This document shows, one piece after another, positions 22,025-33,912 of a stretch of 64,000 nt of DNA (positions are counted from its first letter, which is position 1; every line of letters begins with the position of its first letter). The translations under genes were made by a program, and so were the position numbers. The notes under the pieces are model-generated. The model was not told the DNA's origin. It did not search any database and saw only the letters and a list, made by a program, of their open reading frames with translations. Source of the stretch: an uncultured Actinomycetota bacterium (GTDB taxonomy: Bacteria > Actinomycetota > Actinomycetes > JAHEKZ01); the NCBI GenBank assembly GCA_963743915.1, contig CAVURN010000005.1:256001-320000 (forward strand), in the 5' to 3' direction.

Positions 22025-22051
22025 GGGAACAGACCCTGCGTCGTCCGCGGG

Positions 22052-22819
22052 TCAGGGTTCGAACGCGACGCGTTCGCCCGGCGGCGTCACGAGGACCTCC
22101 GTCTCGAGCCCGAGCTGGGCGACGGCATCGGCGAACGCGTAGGGCGGTGACTCCATCCGAGACAGGTGGAGACGGTGCAGGCCGGTGACGGCCAGCGTTC
22201 CCCAGTGGATCGGCACCGCGTAGCGAGGACGCAGCAGCGCGACGGCCTCCGCCGCGCGATGCGGGTTCATGTGCCCGTCCCCGAGCACCAGCCCCCAGCC
22301 CCAGACCGGCAGCAGAGCCACATCCAGCTCCTCGCCGGTCAGGTGCTTCATGCCCGGGAAGAGGTCGGTGTCCCCGGCAAAGTAGACGCGCGCCGGACCC
22401 GCCTCGATCAGGTAGCCCACCGCCAGCGCCACCGGACCGCGCGGTTCGCGCTTGCCGGAATGCACGGCCACGGTGGTGGTCACCGTGATTCCCGCGTGGT
22501 GGACAACGTCACCGGGGCTGACCTCGGCGAGGTGGTCGAACCCCTTGCTGCGCATCCACGCCCCTGCACCGTGCGGCACCACGATGAGCGGGTCGTTCCT
22601 CAGCATCCGCAGCGACGGCAGGTCGAGGTGGTCGTGGTGCAGGTGGGAGATCAGCACCAGATCGACCTCGTCGTAGCCCCGCAGGTCGGCGGCGTGCGGC
22701 ATCCGACGCAGGATGGTTGCCCCGAGTCGCAGCACCGGGTCGGTCATGACGCGGGCGCCCTCGACCTCGATGAGGACCGTGGCGTGCCCGAGATAGGTCA
22801 GATAGTCCCGGTCCGCCAC
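22052..22819 (-). CDS. MBL-fold metallo-hydrolase
   Basis: LGHAT, SHLHHDHLD, YFAGDT, PIHWGT. Confidence 0.92.
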   Translation of the reverse strand: MADRDYLTYLGHATVLIEVEGARVMTDPVLRLGATILRRMPHAADLRGYDEVDLVLISHLHHDHLDLPSLRMLRNDPLIVVPHGAGAWMRSKGFDHLAEVSPGDVVHHAGITVTTTVAVHSGKREPRGPVALAVGYLIEAGPARVYFAGDTDLFPGMKHLTGEELDVALLPVWGWGLVLGDGHMNPHRAAEAVALLRPRYAVPIHWGTLAVTGLHRLHLSRMESPPYAFADAVAQLGLETEVLVTPPGERVAFEP

Positions 22820-22848
22820 GCGCCCACCCTACGAAAGGACGGCCGCAC

Positions 22849-24141
22849 CTACAGCGTGAGGTCCTCAAGCATCTCGGTGACGAGTGCTGCGATGGGTGAG
22901 CGCTCGGAACGGGTGAGCGTGACGTGCGCGAAGAGCGGATGGCCCTTGAGCTTCTCGACGACGGCCACGATGCCGTCGTGCCGGCCCACCCGCAGGTTGT
23001 CGCGCTGGGCGACGTCGTGGGTCAGGACGACCCGCGAGCCCTGCCCGATCCGCGAGAGGACCGTGAGCAGCACGTTTCGTTCCAGCGACTGCGCCTCGTC
23101 CACGATGACGAAGGCGTCGTGCAGCGAGCGGCCCCGGATGTGCGTGAGGGGCAGGACCTCGAGCATGCCTCGGTCGACGATCTCCTCGACAACCTCGGTG
23201 GTGGTGATCGCCGAGAGAGTGTCGAAGACCGCCTGCCCCCAGGGGTTCATCTTCTCGTTCTCGCTGCCCGGCAGGTAGCCGAGCTCCTGTCCCCCGACGG
23301 CGAAGAGCGGGCGGAACACCACGACCCGACGGTGCTGGCTGCGCTCGAGGACCGCCTCCAGGCCCGCACAGAGCGCGAGGGCGGACTTGCCGGTGCCGGC
23401 GCGTCCGCCCAACGACACGATGCCGACGTCCGGGTCGAGCAGGACGTCGAGGGCGATGCGCTGCTCGGCGCTGCGGCCGTGCAGCCCGAACGCCTCACGG
23501 TCCCCCCGCACCAGTCGCACCTGCTTCTCCGGCGTGATCCGGCCCAGGCCGGATCCCCGCTCCGACAGCAGCACCAGACCGGTGTGGCACGGAAGCTCGC
23601 GCGCGACATCGAGGTCGATCTGGTCCTCGTGGTACAGCCGGTCGAGTGTGTCGGCGTCCACCTCCACCTCGGCCATGCCGTTCCACCCGGACTCGACAGC
23701 ACCCTCGGCGAGGTACTCCTCGGCCACCAGGCCGACGGCCGACGCCTTGACGCGCATCGGCAGGTCCTTGGAGACCAAAGTCACGTGCCGGCCCTCGGCA
23801 GCCAGGTTGCGGGCGACCGCCAGGATCCGCGTGTCGTTGTCGCCCAGCCGGAAGCCGGGCGGCAGCACGGACGGGTCGGTGTGGTTCAGCTCCACGCGGA
23901 TCACTCCGCCGCTGTCACCGATCGGGAGCGGCTCGTCCAGCCGTCCGTGGGCCACCCGGAGGTCGTCGAGCATCCTCAACGCCGAGCGGGCGAAGTAGCC
24001 GAGCTCCGGGTGTGAGCGTTTGGCCTCCAGCTCGGTGATCACCACCACCGGGAGCACGACTTCGTGCTCGTCGAACCGCGTCCACGCGGCAGGGTCGGAC
24101 AGCAGGACTGAGGTGTCGAGGACGAACGTCCGACGGTCCAC
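22849..24141 (-). CDS. phoH2: PIN-PhoH family protein (PhoH2)
   Basis: [12 protein letters not shown] domain; [25 protein letters not shown]; AAGGAGG RBS. Confidence 0.93.
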   Translation of the reverse strand: MDRRTFVLDTSVLLSDPAAWTRFDEHEVVLPVVVITELEAKRSHPELGYFARSALRMLDDLRVAHGRLDEPLPIGDSGGVIRVELNHTDPSVLPPGFRLGDNDTRILAVARNLAAEGRHVTLVSKDLPMRVKASAVGLVAEEYLAEGAVESGWNGMAEVEVDADTLDRLYHEDQIDLDVARELPCHTGLVLLSERGSGLGRITPEKQVRLVRGDREAFGLHGRSAEQRIALDVLLDPDVGIVSLGGRAGTGKSALALCAGLEAVLERSQHRRVVVFRPLFAVGGQELGYLPGSENEKMNPWGQAVFDTLSAITTTEVVEEIVDRGMLEVLPLTHIRGRSLHDAFVIVDEAQSLERNVLLTVLSRIGQGSRVVLTHDVAQRDNLRVGRHDGIVAVVEKLKGHPLFAHVTLTRSERSPIAALVTEMLEDLTL

Positions 24142-24312
24142 GGGTGATGGCCTCCTTCGGGTCGCGCATCATCGACGCTACGACGGTGACCGCGGACACC
24201 GGAGACGCCACGCCGGGCCCCACTAGACTCACGCCACTGGTGGTCCGATCGGGTGGTCCGATCGAGCGACCCGATCCTGGGTGCGTCCAGCGGGCCGAGC
24301 GCGAGGAGCAGA

Positions 24313-25125
24313 GTGGGCGACTTCCTGCACGACGACCAACGTCTGGTCTTCGTGGGCGGCCTGCACCGCAGTGGCACGACCCTGCTCGCGCGCCTGATCG
24401 CCGACCATCCCGACACCACCGGGCTCGCTGGCACCGGCGTCCCGGAGGACGAGGGGCAGCACCTGCAGGACGTGTACCCGCCCGCGAAGGAGCTCGGAGG
24501 CTCGGGCCGCTTCGCGCACCATGCGAGGGCGCATCTCACGGAGGACTCGCCGCTCGTCGGGAGGGAGAACGCCCAGCGACTCTGGGACTCATGGCGTCCC
24601 TTCTGGGACTCTGACGCCCCTTGGCTCGTCGAGAAGTCTCCCCCCAACCTGCTGATGGGACGCTACCTGCAGGCGCTCTTCCCCTCCGCGTCCTTCCTGT
24701 TCATCGTGCGCCACCCGGTCACTGTCACCATGGCCACCCGCAAGTGGCGCCGCCGGACACCGTTGCCGCGGCTGCTGGAGCACTGGTTCACCGCGCACAC
24801 CACCGCCCGGACGGACTTGCCCGCCCTCGAGCGTGTCCACGTGGTCAGCTACGAGTGGCTGCTGGCGGACCCTGAGGAGACGTTGGCCTCCGTGGCGCAG
24901 TTCCTCGGTCTGCCCGGCGAGCTCGACCCCAGCGCCATCAAGCCCGACACCAGTACGCCTTACCAGCGGCAGTGGCACGAGCTGCTCGACGCCGGCAAGC
25001 GCGGGGCGACTCGAGCGCGCGAGCGGTTCGGGCCGTTGGCGCAGACGTTTGGCTACGACCTCGACGACCTGGACGTCATCCCGCGCCACCCGCTGCTCGA
25101 CGCCACGGGCACCCGACTGAAGTAG
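24313..25125 (+). CDS. Sulfotransferase family protein
   Basis: 5'-PSB FVGGLHRSGTT, VEKSP, 3'-PB IVRHP, SYEWL; GAGGAG RBS. Confidence 0.88.
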   Translation: MGDFLHDDQRLVFVGGLHRSGTTLLARLIADHPDTTGLAGTGVPEDEGQHLQDVYPPAKELGGSGRFAHHARAHLTEDSPLVGRENAQRLWDSWRPFWDSDAPWLVEKSPPNLLMGRYLQALFPSASFLFIVRHPVTVTMATRKWRRRTPLPRLLEHWFTAHTTARTDLPALERVHVVSYEWLLADPEETLASVAQFLGLPGELDPSAIKPDTSTPYQRQWHELLDAGKRGATRARERFGPLAQTFGYDLDDLDVIPRHPLLDATGTRLK

Positions 25126-25887
25126 TCAGCCGCCGTAGCGACGGTGGCGCTGCGCGTACGCGCGCAGCGCGCGCAGGAAGTCCACCCGCCGGAAGTCCGG
25201 CCAGTACGCCTCGCAGAAGTAGAACTCGCTGTGCGCGCTCTGCCAGAGCATGAACCCCGAGAGGCGTTGCTCACCTGAGGTGCGGATCACCAGGTCGGGA
25301 TCGGGTTGTCCCTTGGTGTAGAGGTGCTCCTCGATGTGCTCGGCGGCGAAGTCGCGAGCGAGGTCCTCCATCGGGGTGCCCTGGGCCGCATGCTCGACGA
25401 GCAGCGACCGCACCGCGTCGGCGATCTCCTGCCGGCCTCCGTAACCGACGGCGACGTTGACCATGATCCCGTCGACGTCGCGCGTCGCGGTGGCCGCCGA
25501 CTTCAGGGCCTCAGCCGTGGCCTGGGGGAGCATGTCGAGCGCCCCCACCGGGTTCAGACGCCAGCGACCCGAACCTGCAAGTTCGCCCACCACCTTCTCG
25601 ATGATCTCGAGCAGCGGTTGGAGCTCAGGTTCGGGACGCGAGAGGTTGTCCGTGGACAGCAGCCAGAGGGTGACGCGCTCGACGCCCGCCTCGTCGCACC
25701 ACTCGAGCAGCCGGGCGATCTTGTCGGCGCCCGCCTGGTGCCCGGTGCTCGGGGCACTGCCACTGGCGCGCGCCCATCGACGGTTGCCGTCGAGGATGAC
25801 GCCGACGTGCTTGGGCACCTGCTCGGGATCGAGGGATGCGAGGAGCCGCCGCTCGTAGAGCGAGTACGCGACGTCGCGAAGGCCCAC
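25126..25887 (-). CDS. uppS: cis-isoprenyl diphosphate synthase (Rv1086-like)
   Basis: HVGVILDGNRRW, LSTDN, YGGR.EI, DLVIRTSGEQRLSGF. Confidence 0.92.
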   Translation of the reverse strand: MGLRDVAYSLYERRLLASLDPEQVPKHVGVILDGNRRWARASGSAPSTGHQAGADKIARLLEWCDEAGVERVTLWLLSTDNLSRPEPELQPLLEIIEKVVGELAGSGRWRLNPVGALDMLPQATAEALKSAATATRDVDGIMVNVAVGYGGRQEIADAVRSLLVEHAAQGTPMEDLARDFAAEHIEEHLYTKGQPDPDLVIRTSGEQRLSGFMLWQSAHSEFYFCEAYWPDFRRVDFLRALRAYAQRHRRYGG

Positions 25888-25951
25888 GCCGGTGTCCCCT
25901 TCCGGATCAACGCCTCGACTCTACCCGCGGAGGGCCCCTTGCTGGACTCCC

Positions 25952-26413
25952 CTACTGAATCGCGGGGAGGACGACCACCGGACCGTGCGCGTGTCGCACC
26001 ACCTCGGTGGACACCGAGCCCAGCCACCGGGCCAGCCCCGAGCCCCGGGCCCCGACGACCGTGACGGCGGAGTCGGTCGACGCATGGACCAGTGCCTGCG
26101 ACGCCGATGAGTGGACGGGAAGCAGGTGGACGACGCCGGCCGGGTTCGGTCCGAGCACCCGCTCGAGGTCCGCCGCCATCTCGGCGCGCACGGCCTCGGC
26201 GAACTCGTCCTCGCTCGGGACGTAACCGACGTCTGCGGTCGCCGGTCGCGGTGCGGACGTGAGCGCCCAGGCGCGGATCACCACGAGCGGGACTCCCCGA
26301 CGCAGCGCGTCCTCGTGGGCCCAGCGAACGGCCCGAGCGGCATCCGGTGACCCGTCGTCGCCGACCACCACGGCACCCCTGGTGACCGGCGAGTCGCCCT
26401 GCTGCTCACTCAT
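25952..26413 (-). CDS. Universal stress protein
   Basis: VVVGDDGS..A..A..WA, VVGARG.G...LGSVS..VV.HA.GPVVV. Confidence 0.92.
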   Translation of the reverse strand: MSEQQGDSPVTRGAVVVGDDGSPDAARAVRWAHEDALRRGVPLVVIRAWALTSAPRPATADVGYVPSEDEFAEAVRAEMAADLERVLGPNPAGVVHLLPVHSSASQALVHASTDSAVTVVGARGSGLARWLGSVSTEVVRHAHGPVVVLPAIQ

Positions 26414-26439
26414 GCGCACCTCTTCTCGTTCTGGGGCCA

Positions 26440-28455
26440 TCACTCTGTCGCACCCCGCAGGAGCTGCGCGACCTGCCCCCCGTCCCGGGTGGGCCGTTCA
26501 CAGCGGAACTCGCGACAGACGTAGGCCGCCGCGTGACCGTCCACCGTGGAGCGGCCGGCCAGCAGCGGGACGCCACGCGCACCGGGCTCCCCCACGGCCA
26601 CGACCCGGCCGGGTGCCGGCCAAGACCACGCCGCGTGGACCAGCGCGTCGCGCTCCGGGCCCTCCTCCCCCACGACTGCGACCTCGCGGGGACCGTCGTG
26701 CCAGGCCTCAGCGACCGCCAGCCACCAGCCCGCGAATCGCGGTGCTTTCCGTGCCAGGCCGGTTGCGCCGGCCAGGACGGCCTCCGCGGCTGCTCGGTGA
26801 CGCATCTCTCCGCCGAGCGCGGCTGACGTCAGCAGGGCCCCGGCGAGGGACGCCTGGCCGCAGGGGGTGGCGTTGTCGGTCCACTCCTGGGGTCGGCGGA
26901 CGAGCTTCTCGGCGTCGGATGCGGTGTCGAAGAAGCCGCCCCGGCCGTCGCCGAAGCGATCCAGCGCGACATCCAGGAGGTCGATCGCCCGGTCGTACCA
27001 CCGGGGGTCGCCGCTGACCATCGAGAGAGTGAGCCACCCCTCGGCCGTCTGTGCGTAGTCCTCGAGGACGCCGGCGGCATCACCGGCCACCCCGTCGCGG
27101 GACACCCGGCGGAGCCGTCCGTCGACGAGGTGCACGTCCCACAGCAGCTCCGCGCAGGCCGTCGCGGCGTCCACCAGGTCCCCTCGGCCGACGACGGCAC
27201 CGATCTCCGCGAGGGCGGCGATCGCGAGGCCGTTCCACCCCGCCACGACCTTGTCGTCCCTGGCCGGACGCGTGCGCTCCTCACGGACTTCCCGCAGTCG
27301 GTGCCGTACGCGTGACCAGCGGCTGTCGTCGTCGGGATCGGCACGCCGCTGCAGCGTGGACCAGCCGTCCTCGAAGGTGCCCTCCTCGGTGACCGAGAGG
27401 AAGCTGGCCGCCCACAGGCCGTCCTCCCGGCCGAGGGCATCCACCAGCGTCTGTGGTGACCAGACGTAGTACTTGCCCTCGACCCCGTCGGTGTCGGCAT
27501 CGAGTGCGGAGGCGTACCCGCCCTCGGGCGTGCGCAGCTCGGTGACCAGGAAGTCCGCGGTCTCGACCGCGACCCGCTCACCCAGTGGGCGTCCGGACAG
27601 CTGTCCGATGTGCAGGGCCACCCGCGCCAGCAAGGCGTTGTCGTAGAGCATCTTCTCGAAGTGCGGCACCACCCACCCGGCATCCACGCTGTACCGCGCG
27701 AAGCCACCGGAGAGCTGGTCGTAGATGCCGCCCGACGCCATGGCCCGCAGTGTCCCCTCGGCCATCAGCAGTGCGTCTCCGGACCCGGTTCGTGCGTGGT
27801 GACGACAGAGGAACTCGAGCACCATGCTCGGCGGGAACTTCGGTGCCGCACCGAACCCGCCGCGGGCATGGTCGTACTGACGCGCGAGAAGCGGCATCGC
27901 CGCCGCGAGGTCGTCGGGGCTCGGAGGGCCTGCGTCGTCCGCTCGCGCCTCCTCCCGAAGGCCGGCGATCCGACCGAGCACGTCCGATGCCTGGGCACGG
28001 ACGTCGTCCGGCCGTTCCCGCCACACCTCGGAGACGGCGGTCAGCACCTCACCGAACCCTGGCAGCTCGCCGCGCCGCCGCGGCGGGAAGTAGGTGCCTG
28101 CGTAGAAGGGCTCACCGGACGGAGTGAGGAAGACGGTCATGGGCCACCCACCGTGACCGGTCATGGCCGTGACGGCGTCCATATACACCGCGTCGACGTC
28201 GGGGCGCTCCTCGCGGTCGACCTTGACCGAGACGTATCGCGCGTTCATCAGCTCCGCGATGCCGGGATCTTCGAACGACTCGTGGGCCATGACATGGCAC
28301 CAGTGGCAGGCCGAGTAGCCCACCGAGAGGAGCACCGGCACTCCGCGTCGCTGTGCCTCGACGAAGGCTTCGGGGCCCCACGGCCACCAGTCGACGGGGT
28401 TGTCGGCGTGCTGCTGCAGGTACGGGCTGGCGGCTTGCGCGAGGCGGTTCGGCAC
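26440..28455 (-). CDS. Thioredoxin-domain YyaL/SSP411 family protein
   Basis: NRLA...[43 protein letters not shown]. Confidence 0.95.
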   Translation of the reverse strand: MPNRLAQAASPYLQQHADNPVDWWPWGPEAFVEAQRRGVPVLLSVGYSACHWCHVMAHESFEDPGIAELMNARYVSVKVDREERPDVDAVYMDAVTAMTGHGGWPMTVFLTPSGEPFYAGTYFPPRRRGELPGFGEVLTAVSEVWRERPDDVRAQASDVLGRIAGLREEARADDAGPPSPDDLAAAMPLLARQYDHARGGFGAAPKFPPSMVLEFLCRHHARTGSGDALLMAEGTLRAMASGGIYDQLSGGFARYSVDAGWVVPHFEKMLYDNALLARVALHIGQLSGRPLGERVAVETADFLVTELRTPEGGYASALDADTDGVEGKYYVWSPQTLVDALGREDGLWAASFLSVTEEGTFEDGWSTLQRRADPDDDSRWSRVRHRLREVREERTRPARDDKVVAGWNGLAIAALAEIGAVVGRGDLVDAATACAELLWDVHLVDGRLRRVSRDGVAGDAAGVLEDYAQTAEGWLTLSMVSGDPRWYDRAIDLLDVALDRFGDGRGGFFDTASDAEKLVRRPQEWTDNATPCGQASLAGALLTSAALGGEMRHRAAAEAVLAGATGLARKAPRFAGWWLAVAEAWHDGPREVAVVGEEGPERDALVHAAWSWPAPGRVVAVGEPGARGVPLLAGRSTVDGHAAAYVCREFRCERPTRDGGQVAQLLRGATE

Positions 28456-28604
28456 CGGCTCATTCTCGCGCTCCCGCCCGGGGCGGACACAATTGCGTCT
28501 GGGGAGCGTTTCACCTGCCGTGCCGGGGCGCCGATGCCTGAAGATGGGGTGGGCCACCTCCGGCTGGCCCCTGCCCGCCTGCCGTCGACCGTTGTGAGGG
28601 TGCC

Positions 28605-31600
28605 GTGACCTGGGCTCGCCGCCACCTGTGGTGGGCGTTCCTGCTGCTCGGGACGGTGCTGGTCGCCCTCTTCTACGCCCTCCCCTCACTCGAGTCGGTC
28701 CAGCGCCCGGGGCAGCTCCAGAGCCTGTTCTGGGTCGTCATACCGCTGCTCACCCTGGCCGCGATGGCCACCGGCCTCGTGATCCAGTCACCCCCGTCGC
28801 GCGCCGTGTGGTTCTCCCTCATGATCGGCGTGGGGCTCACGGGGCTGGGCGACACTCTGTGGGAGTACCCGGAGTGGGTGGGGGTGCGTCCGCGTGACAT
28901 CCCCTATCCGTCGCTCATCGACTACGTGTACCTCTCGTCGTACGTCTTCCTGTTCGCAGGGATCCTGCTGCTGGTGCGCCGGCGCTCACCCGGCCGCGAC
29001 CGGGCTGCACTGCTCGATGCCCTCATCGTCACGACGGCGGCGGCCCTGACGTCGTGGATCTTCATCATCGAGCCGTCGATCGGTGACACCGACCTCTTGT
29101 CGGCAGAGGCGCTCGTCACGATCGCCTATCCGGTCATGGACCTCCTGCTGCTTGGCGCTGCCACCCGCCTGTGGTTCTCCTTCGACGCGGGCCACAACAC
29201 GTCGCTCCGTCTGGTCGTGATCACCCTCGCTGGCGTTCTCGTCTCGGACACCGCCTACGCGTACCTGGCGTTGCAGGGCACGTGGCAGGACGGCACGGTC
29301 TGGGACCTCGGGTGGTTCCTCTTCTTCCTCGGATTCGGTGCAGCCGCTCTGCACCCCTCGGTGGCGTCCCCGGTGGTCGCGACCTCACCGGAGCGGGCGA
29401 TCAGCCGTTGGCGGTTCGTCGTCCTCCTCGCCCTGATGGCCATCCTGCCTTTGTCGTTACTGGTCGGTCAGATCAACCTCGCGGACTCCACGCGCGGCCT
29501 CGTCGTCATCGTCGGCGCGCTGATCATGTTCGGTCTGGTGCTGCTCCGCCTCAACGACCTGGTGCTCCAGCTCCGCGAGACGCTCCGGCGGGAGCGGGTG
29601 ATCCGCGACGCCAACGGTGCGCTGGCTGCCGCCGCAGACATCGACAGCATCCGCACCACCGTCGTCCATGCCGCCGCCGAGCTGCACCCCGGAAGCCGGT
29701 CCTTCCTGGTCGAGCTGCGTCGTCAGGGCCTCACAGGTGTGGTCGTGCAGACCGTCCCCCCAGGACGGTCGTTCGGACTGCGGCAGGACACGCTCCTGGA
29801 GCTCGACGACATCGCCGGTAGCAACGTCCTGCTCTACGGCGACACGGCGATCCACCGCGATCTGGAGCTCAGCGACCAGGCGTCCGTGACCGTCAGCCCA
29901 CTGACCGGGACGGACGGGATCACCGACGGGTTCCTGGTCGCCGCGGCGCACCCCTCGCTGCCCCGTGAGACACCGCTTGCGCTGGCTGCGCTCACCGAGG
30001 CGGCGTCCCTGGCGAAGTCACGCATCGGGCTGGGGCGCGTGCTGGCCGAGCGGGCCAGCGACCTACGGCTGCGGCGGATGCTGCAGCACTCGTCGGACAT
30101 CATCGCGGTGCTCGACCTCGACCTCAGCATCCGCTACCTCAGCCCCGGGGCCGAGCGGATGCTCGGCATCGCCCCGCAGCACATCCAGGGCACCAGCTGG
30201 CTGGACGCCGTCCACCCCGGCGACCGCGGGAAGGCGAACAGCATCATCGAGGCGTCCACCGCCGACCGACCCGCGCACGCGGAGTTCCGGCTGCTGGCCG
30301 GTGACGGCTCGCACCGATACGTCGACGTGGTTGCCACGCGCGTCATCGAGCACGACGAACCGGGCTTCGTGCTCACCTGCCATGACGTCACCGAGCGACG
30401 GGCCCTCGAGCAACAGCTGTCCTACCAGGCCTTCCACGACTCGCTGACCGGGCTGGCCAACCGTGCGCTGTTCCGCGACCGCCTGGAGCACGCCCTCAGC
30501 CGCACCGCCCGGGGCAGCGTGCAGTTCGCCGTGCTCTTCATCGACCTGGACGACTTCAAGGACATCAACGACTCGCTCGGCCACGCCGCGGGTGACACCT
30601 TGCTGAGGCAGATGACGCAACGGCTGCTGGACGCGGTGCGCGAAGAGGACACCGTGGCCCGACTCGGCGGCGACGAGTTCGCGATCCTGCTCGAGAGCGT
30701 GAGTGGCGAGGACGAGGTGGTGGCCGTTGCTACCCGGATCGTGTCGTCGGCGCAGGAACCCTTCGAGATCGACGAGTCCGTCATCACCAGCGGAGTCAGC
30801 GTCGGCGTCGCCGTCACCGACCGCGAGGCGGAGTCAGCAGAGGCCGTCATGCGCAACGCCGACCTGGCGCTGTACGAGGCCAAGAACCTGGGGAAGAACC
30901 GGCATGCCCTCTTCGCGCCGGCCATGCACGAGCAGGCGGTGGACCGCCTGCAGCTCTCCGCCGACCTGCGCGACGCCCTGGAGTCCGACCAGCTTCTGGT
31001 CCACTACCAGCCGATCGTCGAGCTCACCACGAACCGGATCGTCGGCGTCGAGTGCCTCGCCCGATGGCAGCACCCGACCCGCGGACTGCTCGGGCCCGGG
31101 CAGTTCATCGGGCTGGCCGAGGAGAGCGGTCTCATCGTGCCGCTCGGTCGCGAGGTCATGCGGATGGCGTTGCAGGCCACCGGCCGTTGGCAGAGTGAGC
31201 TGCCCGACCACGCCGACCTCATCCTGACGGTCAACCTCAGCGCCCGCCAGGTCCAGGAGGACGGCCTGGTCGAGGAAGTGCGCCAGGCACTGGCCGACAC
31301 CGGTGTCCGGGCGCAGACGCTGGTCCTGGAGATCACCGAGTCCATGCTCCTGCCAGGAGAGGGCGTGACCATGGAACGGCTGCGCGCCCTGTCCGAGCTC
31401 GGGGTCCGCCTGTTCATCGACGACTTCGGCACGGGCTACTCCTCGCTGAGCTATCTGCAACAGCTGCCCGTCGACGGGATCAAGGTCGCGCGGGAGTTCG
31501 TGTGCACGTTGCGTCCTGGCAGCGCGGACCACGGATCGAACCTGGTGAGCACGATTCGCAGCATCGCAGCCACGCTTGGGCTGTCGTCGATCATCGCCGA

Positions 31601-31751
31601 GGGCGTCGAGACGCCGGAGCAGCGCCAAGCCCTGATCGAGCTGGGCTACCTGCTCGGACAGGGCTACCTGATGGCCCGGCCCATGTCGGAGCAGGCCCTG
31701 ACCGAGCTGCTGCGCGACGAGTCGTCGCTACTGGCTGACGTCACGATCTGA
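28605..31751 (+). CDS. Membrane PAS-GGDEF-EAL diguanylate cyclase/phosphodiesterase
   Basis: Multi-TM N-terminus; PAS (VHPGD); [15 protein letters not shown]-site, GGDEF; ECL and [15 protein letters not shown]. Confidence 0.95.
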   Translation: MTWARRHLWWAFLLLGTVLVALFYALPSLESVQRPGQLQSLFWVVIPLLTLAAMATGLVIQSPPSRAVWFSLMIGVGLTGLGDTLWEYPEWVGVRPRDIPYPSLIDYVYLSSYVFLFAGILLLVRRRSPGRDRAALLDALIVTTAAALTSWIFIIEPSIGDTDLLSAEALVTIAYPVMDLLLLGAATRLWFSFDAGHNTSLRLVVITLAGVLVSDTAYAYLALQGTWQDGTVWDLGWFLFFLGFGAAALHPSVASPVVATSPERAISRWRFVVLLALMAILPLSLLVGQINLADSTRGLVVIVGALIMFGLVLLRLNDLVLQLRETLRRERVIRDANGALAAAADIDSIRTTVVHAAAELHPGSRSFLVELRRQGLTGVVVQTVPPGRSFGLRQDTLLELDDIAGSNVLLYGDTAIHRDLELSDQASVTVSPLTGTDGITDGFLVAAAHPSLPRETPLALAALTEAASLAKSRIGLGRVLAERASDLRLRRMLQHSSDIIAVLDLDLSIRYLSPGAERMLGIAPQHIQGTSWLDAVHPGDRGKANSIIEASTADRPAHAEFRLLAGDGSHRYVDVVATRVIEHDEPGFVLTCHDVTERRALEQQLSYQAFHDSLTGLANRALFRDRLEHALSRTARGSVQFAVLFIDLDDFKDINDSLGHAAGDTLLRQMTQRLLDAVREEDTVARLGGDEFAILLESVSGEDEVVAVATRIVSSAQEPFEIDESVITSGVSVGVAVTDREAESAEAVMRNADLALYEAKNLGKNRHALFAPAMHEQAVDRLQLSADLRDALESDQLLVHYQPIVELTTNRIVGVECLARWQHPTRGLLGPGQFIGLAEESGLIVPLGREVMRMALQATGRWQSELPDHADLILTVNLSARQVQEDGLVEEVRQALADTGVRAQTLVLEITESMLLPGEGVTMERLRALSELGVRLFIDDFGTGYSSLSYLQQLPVDGIKVAREFVCTLRPGSADHGSNLVSTIRSIAATLGLSSIIAEGVETPEQRQALIELGYLLGQGYLMARPMSEQALTELLRDESSLLADVTI

Positions 31752-31952
31752 GGGGTCCACGGGGTCGGACGGCTCCTCTGTCTCGAACGTCGGCGGAACC
31801 TTCTTGACGTGGTGCAGCATCGAGCGGATCAGCAGGAAGGTGGCCAGCGCCAGCAGGACCACGATCGCGAACGCGAGGAGCCCTGGCCCGATGCCGGTCC
31901 TCGAGTCCTCCACCGTCCGGATCACGAGGGGCAGCACCGCGAACGTCGACAT
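31728..31952 (-). CDS. Small membrane protein (Rv1083-like, follows mca)
   Basis: GPGLLAF..VVLL...T.LL.RSM..H.KKV; synteny with mca. Confidence 0.75.
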   Translation of the reverse strand: MSTFAVLPLVIRTVEDSRTGIGPGLLAFAIVVLLALATFLLIRSMLHHVKKVPPTFETEEPSDPVDPSDRDVSQ

Positions 31953-31972
31953 GGTGCGATTCTGCCGGACCG

Positions 31973-32866
31973 TCACCGGAGCCCGGCGAACAGGTCGTCC
32001 TCGGGCACCGGTACGTCGACCAGACTGCGGGCTCGCTCGTACTCCTCGGTGGGCCACACCGCCTGCTGGACCTCGAGGGGGACGCCGAACCACCACCCCT
32101 CGTCGTCGATCTGGGTGGCGTGGGCGCGCAACGCGTCGTCACGGACGGGGAAGAACTCGGCACACGGCACGTGCGTAGTGATCCGCCCCTGGTCACCGGG
32201 GCGATCGACCCACTCATCGAGCCACTCCTCGAACGGGGACTCGAGCCCGGCGTCGAGCATCCCTCGATGCAGGGCCTCGAAACGCTCCTTGTGGAAGCCG
32301 TGGTGGTAGTACAGCTTGAGCGGCTGCCAGGTCTCACCGAGCTCGGACCAGACATCCGGTGAGCCGGCTGCCTCGAATGCGGCCACGGTCACCTGGTGAC
32401 ACATGATGTGGTCGGGGTGCGGGTAGCCACCCTGCTCGTCGTAGGTGGTGACCACCTGAGGCCGGAAGCTGCGCATCAAGGCGACCAGCGGGCGGGCAGC
32501 GTCGTCGACCGGCACCCTCGCGAAGCAACCCTCGGGCAGCCGCTCCACGTCGTCGACCGTGTAGTCCTCGAGGTAGCCGGAGTCGACGAACCCGAGCCAC
32601 TCCTGCCGGACGCCCAGGATCTCGCGGGCGCGCTCCATCTCGCGGCGACGCACCTCGGGGAGGTTCGCCGCGACCTCGGCGTCGTGGGCGAGCTTGGGGT
32701 TGAGCACTTCGCCCCGCTCGCCTCCGGTGCACGTGACGACCATGACGTCGATCCCCTCGGCCACGTAGCGCGCCATGGTGGCTGCGCCCTTGCTCGACTC
32801 GTCGTCGGGGTGCGCATGCACCGCCATCAGACGCAGGGCGGACGGGGCCGAGGGGGAGGCTGGCAC
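31973..32866 (-). CDS. mca: Mycothiol conjugate amidase
   Basis: LMAVHAHPDDESSKG, TGGERG, YPHPDHIMCH, LRAHATQID. Confidence 0.96.
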   Translation of the reverse strand: MPASPSAPSALRLMAVHAHPDDESSKGAATMARYVAEGIDVMVVTCTGGERGEVLNPKLAHDAEVAANLPEVRRREMERAREILGVRQEWLGFVDSGYLEDYTVDDVERLPEGCFARVPVDDAARPLVALMRSFRPQVVTTYDEQGGYPHPDHIMCHQVTVAAFEAAGSPDVWSELGETWQPLKLYYHHGFHKERFEALHRGMLDAGLESPFEEWLDEWVDRPGDQGRITTHVPCAEFFPVRDDALRAHATQIDDEGWWFGVPLEVQQAVWPTEEYERARSLVDVPVPEDDLFAGLR

Positions 32867-32899
32867 CGGGCCAGGATAGGAGAGCCGGACAATGGTGCC

Positions 32900-33338
32900 G
32901 TGACTCAGTCCCGTCTCCCCCGCCACCTGCGTCTGGCTCCCCTCGACGCGGATGCCGACGTGGCCCACCTGCAGGCCCGCTACGGCGCCTCACGGCCGCC
33001 TCTGGTGCTGGCGGTGGGGGCGGCGCTGGTCGTCGCGTCGTTCCTCGGCTGGGTGGTCTGGGCGCGGTCTGGGCCAGGCCGACCGGGAGCTGCGCTGGAG
33101 CACCACGGGGTTCGACAACTCGTCGAGCACCTCGGTCACCGTGGAGTTCGACGTCTTCCTGCCGGCCGGCGCCGATGTGGTCTGCGTGGTCCGCGCGCTG
33201 GACGACAACGGCATCGAGGTCGGTCGGGCAGAGGTGCCGGTCGAGGCGGACGGCACCGACGTGCACGTCGTCTACGCTCTCCCTGTGACGGCACGGCCGA
33301 GCAGCGCGCTGGCCGACAGCTGTCGTCTCAGGGAATGA
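32900..33338 (+). CDS. DUF4307 domain protein, +1 frameshift near 33065
   Basis: ARYG plus TM in one frame, then GF....SVTVEFDV...CVVRAL....EVGRAEV in the next; lies between mca and greA. Confidence 0.78.
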
Positions 33339-33402
33339 TCCGGTCGCCGAGACGGCACCGCCGCGCAACCCGTACCCCGCACAGCAGCAAGGAGCGACCC
33401 GC

Positions 33403-33894
33403 ATGACCACCTGGCTCTCCCAGGACGCCTACGACCGGCTCAAGCTCGAGTACGAAGAGCTGAGCACGACCCGTCGCGCGGAAGTGGTCACCAAGATCGC
33501 GGCGGCCCGTGAAGAGGGGGACCTGAAGGAGAACGGCGGCTACCACGCGGCGCGCGAGGAGCAGGGCAAGCTCGAGGCGCGCATCAAGCAGCTGCGCCAC
33601 CTGCTGGAGAGCGCGCAGGTCGGCACCCCTCCGGAGGCCGACGGCACCGTGCAGGTAGGGCACCAGGTGTCCGTGACGTTCATCGGTGGGGCGCTCGACG
33701 GGGAGACCGAAGTGTTCCTGCTCGGCTCGCGCGAGCAGGCGGGCCACCATGACATCGACGTGTACTCGCCTCAGTCGCCACTCGGCGGCGCCGTGCTCGG
33801 TCAGGGGATCGGCACCGAGATCGGCTACACCCTGCCGAACGGCCGGCAGCTGACCGTCCGGGTGGACGCATCCACCCCGTTCGACGCCAGCTGA
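33403..33894 (+). CDS. greA: Transcription elongation factor GreA
   Basis: AREEGDLKENGGYHAA, YSPQSPLG. Confidence 0.97.
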   Translation: MTTWLSQDAYDRLKLEYEELSTTRRAEVVTKIAAAREEGDLKENGGYHAAREEQGKLEARIKQLRHLLESAQVGTPPEADGTVQVGHQVSVTFIGGALDGETEVFLLGSREQAGHHDIDVYSPQSPLGGAVLGQGIGTEIGYTLPNGRQLTVRVDASTPFDAS

Positions 33895-33912
33895 CCCGCG
33901 TCGAACCCGGGC

